A DNA stretch of 25,163 nucleotides. Origin: a virus. Taxonomy: Duplodnaviria > Heunggongvirae > Uroviricota > Caudoviricetes. The translations under genes were made by a program, and so were the position numbers. Positions 1 through 5,412 of this stretch are shown here, one piece after another. How positions within the stretch are numbered: the stretch's first letter is position 1; each line of letters opens with the position of its first letter. The DNA is taken from positions 1 through 25,163 of the IMG/VR virus record IMGVR_UViG_3300021976_000008. One strand, written 5' to 3'. A model generated the notes under the pieces. That model saw only the letters and a list, made by a program, of their open reading frames with translations, made no database searches and was not told where the DNA came from.

Positions 1-20
1 TGGCTCGGTCTTACGTGTAG

Positions 21-135
21 GGTTATGCAATTTTACACAATGGAATGCATAGTTATGCAGAGTTACACTGCACGAGGGGTGCATAAGACCAGGTCAGAGG
101 CATTTCTGCATAAGCCTGCATGGCCACCTGCATAG
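21..135. repeat. AT-rich cluster of (C)TGCATA(A/G) motifs in both orientations; possible operator or recombinase-binding array
   Basis: TTATGCA 23-29, TGCATAG 46-52, TTATGCAG 53-60, TGCATAAG 80-87, CTGCATAAG 106-114, CTGCATGG 116-123, CTGCATAG 128-135; dyad TGCATA-GT-TATGCA at 46-59. Confidence 0.6.
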
Positions 136-153
136 TCATTCCCTGACGACCCG

Positions 154-408
154 TCAGAAACCAGGCATCGAGGGGGGTATGCGAGGCTTCGGACCCTGGT
201 GGAGGGGGGTATGGCTCACGATTCGGAGCCTCGCGCGAGGCGGCACCCAGGGTGTGTCGCAGTCATCGCAGATCGGCCTCCCGGTGTAGCTCATGACGAC
301 GCCGCGCCGGTCAACGGTGACGAGCACCTCAGGCATGCCGGCGTCAGGGTCCGGTTCGAGGCGGAACCAGGTCGAGCCGCAGCTACAGGTACCGCCGTCG
401 TCGCTCAC
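154..408 (-). CDS. Small putative Zn-finger protein (CxC...CxxC), 84 aa
   Basis: TCSCGSTWF...ICDDCDTPW; GTG start overlaps the upstream stop (GTGA at 408-405). Confidence 0.65.
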   Translation of the reverse strand: MSDDGGTCSCGSTWFRLEPDPDAGMPEVLVTVDRRGVVMSYTGRPICDDCDTPWVPPRARLRIVSHTPLHQGPKPRIPPSMPGF

Positions 409-566
409 GGCTTCGCCTGACCCCAGGAGACGAACGCCACGAGCAGGCAGAAGCCGGCGAGGACACCGCTGGCGGCCGACACCGGCCAGGGAATCCAGCC
501 AGCCAACTCAGCCACCGTGGACAGGCCCATGATCGCCGCAAAGGCGACGAGTGCGTGGCGGGTCAT
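405..566 (-). CDS. Small membrane protein with two hydrophobic segments, 53 aa
   Basis: MTRHALVAFAAIMGLSTVAELAGWIPWPVSAASGVLAGFCLLVAFVSWGQAKP; ATGA overlap with the upstream gene at 566-563. Confidence 0.65.
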   Translation of the reverse strand: MTRHALVAFAAIMGLSTVAELAGWIPWPVSAASGVLAGFCLLVAFVSWGQAKP

Positions 567-754
567 CCCTCGTCCATGTTCGCCTTGAGGTTCTCGCTCG
601 CCATCAGGAACGCCAGGCCCGCCCCGGCCCAGCACCAGAAGGGCAGGTCCACGACGAGGGTACCCCAGAACATCAGAGCGACACCGGCGAACATCTGGGC
701 GATGTCGCACAAGTCCTGCCGCAAGGCCCTGCTCTGTCGTAGTCGCTCGACCAT
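563..754 (-). CDS. Small membrane protein, 63 aa, probably leaderless
   Basis: MVERLRQ...MFAGVALMFWGTLVVDLPFWCWAGAGLAFLMASE; TACCGT (-10-like, minus strand 767-762) lies 7 nt upstream of the ATG at 754. Confidence 0.6.
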   Translation of the reverse strand: MVERLRQSRALRQDLCDIAQMFAGVALMFWGTLVVDLPFWCWAGAGLAFLMASENLKANMDEG

Positions 755-785
755 CCTCTCGACGGTAGCTGATATCGTGCTCACG
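755..785. promoter_or_regulatory. Back-to-back divergent leaderless promoters
   Basis: Plus strand TGA-TATCGT (770-778, extended -10) + 7 nt + ATG786; minus strand TACCGT (767-762) + 7 nt + ATG754. Confidence 0.5.
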
Positions 786-974
786 ATGACGACCACTGCC
801 GAGCTGATCATCCACCTCGACAACGCCGACGGCGAGGTCGTGTGGTGGGCCGAGTCACCTCAGGTACCTGGACTCACAGCGGCCGCTTCGTCGCTGGCCG
901 AACTCCGCGAGCTGGCCATGAAGGCTCTGCGCGATGAGCTGTCGCCGACAGTCGAGGTGGTCGAGATACTCTAG
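786..974 (+). CDS. HicB-like / DUF1902-type (TTHA1013-like fold) small protein, 62 aa, no DNA-binding domain
   Basis: VVWWAESPQVPGLTAAASSLAELRELAMKAL matches the HicB N-terminal pattern (W.a..pd.PG..a.a.t.eE...a..Al); own extended -10 box. Confidence 0.65.
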   Translation: MTTTAELIIHLDNADGEVVWWAESPQVPGLTAAASSLAELRELAMKALRDELSPTVEVVEIL

Positions 975-975
975 G

Positions 976-1077
976 CCAGCCGCCTCCTCCCGAAAGACCG
1001 TGAAGCGCCAGGGATGCAGCCCGCCCGTGTGGTTGGTCTCCTGTGCAGGGATCGTGACCTCGGGAGGCGGCGGCTGG
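976..1077. repeat. 18-bp inverted repeat (17/18 paired) enclosing 66 bp
   Basis: ccagccgcctcctcccga (976-993) pairs with tcgggaggcggcggctgg (1060-1077); starts 2 nt after the stop at 974. Confidence 0.75.
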
Positions 1078-1160
1078 GCAGGATCGTCATCCCCGGGCCG
1101 GCCTCTTACTCGTCCCGAGTCGGGTCCCACCCAGCCAGGTCCGACGATAGCCTCCCGGCC

Positions 1161-1466
1161 ATGGCTGACATCGAGCAGTTCGTCGTCCCGTTCAAGGTGG
1201 CCTTGGAGTTTGAGTCCGGGCTCACCGTCGCTGGCGCCACCCCAGCGGACGCCGAAGCCACGGTCCTGGCGGTGCTCGGGAGCCTCCGGCTCGTCAGCGA
1301 CGATGGCCACGGCTCGATCATCCCGCTCGACGGCGACCTCTCGGTATCGGACTGCCAGATGCTCGAACCGCAGAAGGTCGAGGGGGGCACGGAAGGGGTC
1401 GCCGCTCGCGGCGACCGTAGCCTAGCACGAGAGCCTGGCACGGAAGAGGAGCCCGGCGCCGGCTAG
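1161..1466 (+). CDS. Hypothetical protein, 101 aa, probably leaderless
   Basis: MADIEQFVVPFKVALEFESGLTVAGATPADAEATVL...; high-GC3 codon pattern; TAGCCT (1148-1153) + 7 nt + ATG1161. Confidence 0.6.
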   Translation: MADIEQFVVPFKVALEFESGLTVAGATPADAEATVLAVLGSLRLVSDDGHGSIIPLDGDLSVSDCQMLEPQKVEGGTEGVAARGDRSLAREPGTEEEPGAG

Positions 1467-1469
1467 CGT

Positions 1470-1478
1470 TGCTATCCT
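1470..1478 (+). promoter_or_regulatory. Extended -10 promoter (TGnTAnnnT)
   Basis: TGC-TATCCT; a 7-nt spacer places +1 at A1486. Confidence 0.5.
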
Positions 1479-1485
1479 CTCTCCC

Positions 1486-1675
1486 ATGGGGAGTGCGGAC
1501 AGTCGCCTGCCGCTGGCAACAACGGCACCTGTGATAAGGCAGCAAAGTCGGCTGACGCACTCTCCTGTGATAGCTTGACGGGTCCGCGGGTCCTCCACCC
1601 TGAGGCCTGCGGGTCCCAACACACAGCCGTGCCCCTCGACCGCTCTGTCGCACGAATGGTCGGGGGGCACGGTCG
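1486..1675 (+). ncRNA. Candidate structured small RNA (three stems), alternatively a leaderless 30-aa peptide mRNA
   Basis: Stems 1488-1497/1556-1565 (inner 1500-1505/1549-1554 and 1507-1511/1538-1542), 1580-1595/1602-1617 (bulged), and 1626-1641/1658-1673 (16 bp, 2 GU); no recognisable long ORF. Confidence 0.4.
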
Positions 1676-1754
1676 CGCATAGGAGGAGGTAGCCTCACGA
1701 CTACAACAACGACCCTCGCGCCCGGCGGGCGCAGAGGAAAGGCGGGCAATCAAG

Positions 1755-2417
1755 GTGAGCAATCCCAACATCCCTCAGTCCACCGCGCAGCAGGCGCCGC
1801 AACCGGCGTACTACCAGCCGGCTCCGGTACGCGCTGGCACCGGCTGCCTCAGGCCGGCGCTCATCGCCGGCAGTGTCATCGTCGGACTGTTCCTGGGTCT
1901 CCTGATCCTCGGCGGCATCCTCGCTAGCACTGATGAGCCCGGCAAGGGCTCGGCTGTGGTCCGCAGCGACGAGCCGGCCAGCATCGAGTCCAGCGTGTCC
2001 ACGCCGGTTCCCCCGGCCAGCGGCGGCCAGGACGTCTACGCCATCGGCGAGACGGCACACTCCGGGGACTTCGACGTCACCGTCCATGCCGTGCAAGACC
2101 CGTACACCTCGACCAACCAGTTCGAGACCCCCCAGGCCGGGCAGCGCTTCGTCGCTGTCGAGGCGACGGTCACCAACACCAGCGACGAGCCCCTGCCGTT
2201 CTCGACGCTCGTCGGGGTCGAACTCATCGATCAGATGGACCGGGCGTACTCGATCGCGATGGCGGGCACGGACCTGCCTCAGCTCGACTCCATGACCGTG
2301 GCACCCGGAGCGGCCCGCCGAGGGTGGGTCGTGTTCGATGCTCCGCCCGACGCCACCGAGCTGCGCATCCGGATCAAGGGCAACCTCACGGCCACCGGGT
2401 CACTGTTCCAGCTCTGA
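1755..2417 (+). CDS. DUF4352 domain (MPT63-like Ig fold) membrane-anchored surface protein, 220 aa
   Basis: N-terminal TM helix ALIAGSVIVGLFLGLLILGGILA; AIGETAHSGDFDVTV...GQRFVAVEATVTNTSDEP...VAPGAARRGWVVFDAP; -10-like TAGCCT at 1690-1695. Confidence 0.85.
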   Translation: MSNPNIPQSTAQQAPQPAYYQPAPVRAGTGCLRPALIAGSVIVGLFLGLLILGGILASTDEPGKGSAVVRSDEPASIESSVSTPVPPASGGQDVYAIGETAHSGDFDVTVHAVQDPYTSTNQFETPQAGQRFVAVEATVTNTSDEPLPFSTLVGVELIDQMDRAYSIAMAGTDLPQLDSMTVAPGAARRGWVVFDAPPDATELRIRIKGNLTATGSLFQL

Positions 2418-2481
2418 GGGCTGGCACACCGCTAGCCGTGGCGCTAGCTTCACTCAGATGAACAGCGACACCGATGTCGAC

Positions 2482-2522
2482 GTTGACGGGCGCCCGGCCA
2501 AGGAGTCGGGGCGCCCGTTGAC
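2482..2522. terminator. GC-rich hairpin between convergent genes; possible bidirectional terminator
   Basis: gttgacgggcgccc (2482-2495) / gggcgcccgttgac (2509-2522), 14 bp with 2 GU; no U-tract. Confidence 0.45.
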
Positions 2523-2571
2523 CTACGCTGGGATCGTCCCGTGGCAGGTGGCGGGTCGACCCCAATCCCGG

Positions 2572-2727
2572 CTACGGGGCGGTGTCGGCGATCAGATCGG
2601 CAACAGCGGGCCGTGATGCGCTCTCGTCTGCCTCACACGCTTTGACGAGGCCGAGCAACGTCAGAGTGCCCGCCGTCAACGCCAGTCCGTGCCAGAACAC
2701 CTGCTCCCAAAGCGGCCGCTTCTCCAT
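2572..2727 (-). CDS. Small single-TM protein, 51 aa (not in the ORF track)
   Basis: MEKRPLWEQVFWHGLALTAGTLTLLGLVKACEADESASRPAVADLIADTAP; TATAAA lies 6 nt upstream of the ATG on the minus strand. Confidence 0.55.
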   Translation of the reverse strand: MEKRPLWEQVFWHGLALTAGTLTLLGLVKACEADESASRPAVADLIADTAP

Positions 2728-2744
2728 CTCCCCTTTATATCCAA

Positions 2745-3053
2745 ATGACTAAGAGCGACTACGTCCGAGAGCAAGTTTTCGAGTTCTTCAGGCGCAGAGA
2801 CCTCGTGCCTGGCTTGTTTGACACGAAGGACGAAGAGCCACCCTCGTGCTGGCGATTGCACGCGCTGGACCCTCTGAGTCCCGATATGGCTCTGTGTCAA
2901 CGTGGAAAGCGTCGTCGCAGTCGTTGCAGCCCCGCTTCCTGGCGAGAGCTGTTGATCCATCCTTGCCGTAGGTGCACTGAGAAGTACATCTACCACTTGC
3001 TCCGGGGAGGGCTCAGGAGTCTGGTTGATGAGAGGGACGAGAGCCGTGCCTGA
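2745..3053 (+). CDS. Hypothetical Cys/His-rich (putative Zn-binding) protein, 102 aa
   Basis: LHALDPLSPDMALC...HPCRRC pattern; lower GC than flanks; no clear RBS. Confidence 0.5.
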   Translation: MTKSDYVREQVFEFFRRRDLVPGLFDTKDEEPPSCWRLHALDPLSPDMALCQRGKRRRSRCSPASWRELLIHPCRRCTEKYIYHLLRGGLRSLVDERDESRA

Positions 3054-3124
3054 CTACGAGTTCAAGGTCTTACAGGAGACCCATTCTCTCCTTGCAGGTC
3101 TGCAGGTGCTAGCGTGCCGCCTCT

Positions 3125-3484
3125 ATGACACCAAAGATGAAGATAGGGCTCGTGCTGGTGTGCGGCGTCATCAGCGTCGCTACACCGGTCCCGGCGGGAG
3201 CGTCCTCGGGCCTCACGTGCGAGGATTTCCCGACTCAGATCGATGTCGCGGGAAGCAACTTCGGCACGTACGACTCGACCAACTTCGATGAGAACGACAA
3301 CGGCATCGGCTGCGAGGCGAACCCCGGGCCGCCCACCGCCTACGATCTCACGAAGGTCCCGCCCACTCCGATCACCACGACGGTGCCCACGACCACCCCA
3401 GCCCCGACGACGACCGCACCCCCGGCAGCCCCGACCCCCGAGCCGGCTCGACCGGTCGTGGTCGCTCCCACCTTCACCGGCTAG
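3125..3484 (+). CDS. Secreted Excalibur-like Ca-binding domain protein with Pro/Thr linker and terminal PTFTG, 119 aa
   Basis: Signal peptide MKIGLVLVCGVISVATPVPAGA; CEDFPTQ...FDENDNGIGCE (Excalibur C...DxDxDGxxC pattern); extended -10 TGC-TAGCGT at 3107-3115. Confidence 0.75.
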   Translation: MTPKMKIGLVLVCGVISVATPVPAGASSGLTCEDFPTQIDVAGSNFGTYDSTNFDENDNGIGCEANPGPPTAYDLTKVPPTPITTTVPTTTPAPTTTAPPAAPTPEPARPVVVAPTFTG

Positions 3485-3537
3485 GCAGTTCTCGCCCTCG
3501 AAGGGGTCCGGAGAAAACCCCCACGGGAGGCGAACCA

Positions 3538-3569
3538 AAGGGAGCGCCGGCTCAGGCCGGCGCTCCCTT
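3538..3569 (+). terminator. Perfect 14-bp hairpin terminator
   Basis: aagggagcgccggc-tcag-gccggcgctccctt, 54 nt after the stop at 3484. Confidence 0.7.
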
Positions 3570-3577
3570 GCGCGTCC

Positions 3578-3586
3578 TGCTAACCT
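3578..3586 (+). promoter_or_regulatory. Extended -10 promoter
   Basis: TGC-TAACCT immediately after the terminator and upstream of a run of + strand genes. Confidence 0.45.
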
Positions 3587-3620
3587 TTCGCTCGATGATC
3601 TATCAAGCCGTAGGCCCGCT

Positions 3621-3854
3621 GTGAGGGTCTCGCCACGGCTGCGCTTCGTGGCACAGGGCGACACGACCTTCCACGACCGTTGGCCGGACGGGGTTTTCAG
3701 GTTCTGGCCGTCCCACTCGATACAGCGGCTGCTCTGTCTGGTGAGCGGCCACGTGCCGATCGCCGATCAGTGCAACAACCCCGAGCACGACTACTGCGCG
3801 TGGTGTCAGAAGTCGATGCCGAATGGGGCTCCCGAGCATCAGAGGCCAGCGTGA
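3621..3854 (+). CDS. Small Cys/His phage protein (C..GH...C..C type); start uncertain (3621 or 3648)
   Basis: RLLCLVSGHVPIADQCNNPEHDYCAWCQKSMP is the 3' part of track ORF 3243-3854; stop lies 3 nt before the next ATG. Confidence 0.55.
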   Translation: MRVSPRLRFVAQGDTTFHDRWPDGVFRFWPSHSIQRLLCLVSGHVPIADQCNNPEHDYCAWCQKSMPNGAPEHQRPA

Positions 3855-3857
3855 GCT

Positions 3858-4121
3858 ATGGCGACTAGACCCACCTCTGAGGAACTCGAAGTGCTTGAGG
3901 TCATCCGCGCGACCGAGGACGGCGAGTTGTCCTCGAAGAAGGTCGTGGAGCACTTTCGAGGGCAGAAGACCTCCACGAGGGTGATCAACATCCTCGATGC
4001 TCTCTGGCAGAAGCACTGGCTCGTCAAGCGCTATCCCGATGTCTACATGCTGTATGAGAAGACCTCTGCCTCCACTGATGTAAGAGGAGTTGACCATGCG
4101 AACGCCACCGCTGCTGAGTGA
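3858..4121 (+). CDS. Putative winged-helix DNA-binding protein, 87 aa
   Basis: ELEVLEVIRA...LSSKKVVEHF...STRVINILDALWQKHWLVKRYPDVYML fits wHTH spacing. Confidence 0.6.
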   Translation: MATRPTSEELEVLEVIRATEDGELSSKKVVEHFRGQKTSTRVINILDALWQKHWLVKRYPDVYMLYEKTSASTDVRGVDHANATAAE

Positions 4122-4127
4122 TGTTCG

Positions 4128-4481
4128 ATGAGCGTTGCAACGGATAGCAACGTTGTAGTCCTTGATGTCGGCGCTCGTTCGGACCTCAGGGAGTGCGACA
4201 GGTCGGCCCGGGGCCACGCCTGGTTCGAGGCTGACGACCCAGGCACCTGGCAACCTGATCGCAAGTACTTCGCCAGGCTGGTGGACAAGTGCCTTCGGTG
4301 CGATACGTACCGGTTCCGGGGGTGCAACGCCTACGGCGAGGTGGAGTCGATGTGGTACAGCTATCCCGACGACTGGCCCGACCGCTGGGGTGTAGGGAAC
4401 GATCGCCCGGACGGTGCCGAGATTCGGCGACAGCAGATCATCGAGGCAAACAGGAGACGTCGGCGACGGCGAGCCCGGTGA
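4128..4481 (+). CDS. Hypothetical phage protein with C...GH.W...CLRC motif and Arg-rich tail, 117 aa
   Basis: ECDRSARGHAWF...KCLRCDTYRF...YSYPDDW; operonic position. Confidence 0.7.
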   Translation: MSVATDSNVVVLDVGARSDLRECDRSARGHAWFEADDPGTWQPDRKYFARLVDKCLRCDTYRFRGCNAYGEVESMWYSYPDDWPDRWGVGNDRPDGAEIRRQQIIEANRRRRRRRAR

Positions 4482-4502
4482 TGGGGGTGTACCGTGGCAC
4501 CT

Positions 4503-4718
4503 ATGACGGCTACTGACCCTCACCTCGCCCGGCGCGTCGGCCGGGCGATCAGTGGATTGCTCTGGGGGCTCGCCGCGTTCCTCATGTGCGCGGCCATCTT
4601 CATTCTGCCCGTCACCGGTCTCATCTGGGTCGGTTGGAGTCACACCACCGAGCCAATCACCGACGGCTACGAGCTGCCGACGGGCTCCGGCGCCTCCATG
4701 GACGGCGAGGTCCCGTGA
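4503..4718 (+). CDS. Small membrane protein, 71 aa, probably leaderless
   Basis: AISGLLWGLAAFLMCAAIFILPVTGLIWVGW; TACCGT (4490-4495) + 7 nt + ATG4503. Confidence 0.65.
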   Translation: MTATDPHLARRVGRAISGLLWGLAAFLMCAAIFILPVTGLIWVGWSHTTEPITDGYELPTGSGASMDGEVP

Positions 4719-4885
4719 ACTACTGGGAGCACCCCAGCTACGTCAAGCCCCCGCCTCCCGCTCGGGAAGGGGTCGGTAGCGGCCTAGTCCGAGTCATCTG
4801 GATCTACGTCATGATCGGCGCAGCTACGTATGCAGTCGTACGGAGCGGGCTCCTCGAAGCGCTGATCACCAAGGCGCTCTCGTGA
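4715..4885 (+). CDS. Small single-TM protein, 56 aa
   Basis: GTGA overlap at 4715-4718; MNYWEHPSYVKPPPPAREGVGSGLVRVIWIYVMIGAATYAVVRSGLLEALITKALS. Confidence 0.6.
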   Translation: MNYWEHPSYVKPPPPAREGVGSGLVRVIWIYVMIGAATYAVVRSGLLEALITKALS

Positions 4886-4907
4886 CGGAAGTCACACTGT
4901 CTACCAC

Positions 4908-4936
4908 TTGTGTCCACCAATTCGATGATATAGGGT
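4908..4936 (+). promoter_or_regulatory. Putative sigma-A-type (late) promoter
   Basis: TTGTGT (4908-4913), 17 bp, TAGGGT (4931-4936); +1 predicted at A4944. Confidence 0.45.
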
Positions 4937-4943
4937 CACTTCT

Positions 4944-5065
4944 ATTCGGCTAGGGAATCTACGCCCTGGCCGAGAGCGATCCGGCAAGCAGCTGGGTTGA
5001 GGATCGAAACCCTGTAGAGCGTTCAGACTTCTGACAAGACCCCCGCCTTCGGGCGGGGGTCTTTC
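4944..5065 (+). ncRNA. Candidate ~120-nt structured leader or small RNA upstream of the late operon
   Basis: Stem 4946-4955/4964-4973; stem 4977-4982/5001-5006 with competing pairing 4994-4998/5008-5012; ends in a terminator. Confidence 0.4.
5036..5065 (+). terminator. Intrinsic terminator
   Basis: aagacccccgcc-ttcg-ggcgggggtctt followed by tc; UUCG tetraloop. Confidence 0.75.
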
Positions 5066-5109
5066 GCGTACCCCTCATGGCATCGACGCTGCAAGGCGAG
5101 TTCGAGTAG

Positions 5110-5412
5110 ATGCCCCTAACCCGCTGCCTCTCCTGCGGTGGGCTCATCGACTCGAAGCTCAGCCGGCACCCCGAGTGCGCCAAGGCCGTCAAGGACGAGC
5201 GCAACCGCCAGGCGTATGCGCTCGGGCCATGCCCTCAAGACGGGGATTGCGGTATCTGCTCTGGCCTACGCGGTCCGGCGACTGCCGATGACCCCTTCGT
5301 CTGGCATCACGCTCCCAAGCGCTTCATCGACGGGGGGCTCACCGTGGTTCCTGCGCACAAGAGCTGCAACGAACGCCTCAAGCGGACCAACGCCACCAAG
5401 CCTCACTCATGA
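5110..5412 (+). CDS. HNH endonuclease-like protein (terminase-associated, HK97 gp74-like position), 100 aa
   Basis: CLSC...CGIC...WHH...PAHKSCN; located at the head of the packaging operon. Confidence 0.8.
   Translation: MPLTRCLSCGGLIDSKLSRHPECAKAVKDERNRQAYALGPCPQDGDCGICSGLRGPATADDPFVWHHAPKRFIDGGLTVVPAHKSCNERLKRTNATKPHS

Noticed and set aside
199-742. Plus-strand ORFs 199-420, 293-532, 551-742 and the 5' part of 555-974
   Set aside because: They overlap a coupled minus-strand operon with better protein-like content; only 786-974 has a recognisable domain and promoter.
975-1085. HDV-like or ZTP riboswitch resemblance (gcctcctc, cggctgggca, gatcgtgac)
   Set aside because: The segments pair as one simple long stem; P2/J1-2 and the ZTP consensus elements are missing.
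1526-1550. SRP RNA-like aaggcagcaa
   Set aside because: Lacks the CAGG-GNRA-AGCAG helix 8 arrangement.
1681-1927. Perfect AGGAGGAGGT followed 6 nt later by ACG and six Thr codons (thrL-like attenuator idea)
   Set aside because: No canonical start codon in frame; TAGCCT (1690-1695) is better explained as the -10 box of the DUF4352 gene; the rest of the frame is an out-of-frame shadow.
2812-3147. LFDTKDEE (in 2745-3053) versus LYDTKDED (frame 3025-3291) with third-position differences
   Set aside because: The second copy overlaps the promoter and start of the Excalibur gene in another frame; an 8-aa similarity is plausible by chance.
3492-3533. Irregular stem just before the 3538 terminator
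   Set aside because: Short bulged helices of G/C runs; expected by chance at this GC content.
3592-4932. Shared TCGATGAT(C/A)TA at 3592-3602 and 4922-4932 near two promoters
   Set aside because: Only two copies of a 10/11 match and different positions relative to the -10 boxes; insufficient to call an operator.
4966-5015. Hammerhead ribozyme (CGAAAC after a stem)
   Set aside because: The required CUGAnGA core is absent before the stem.
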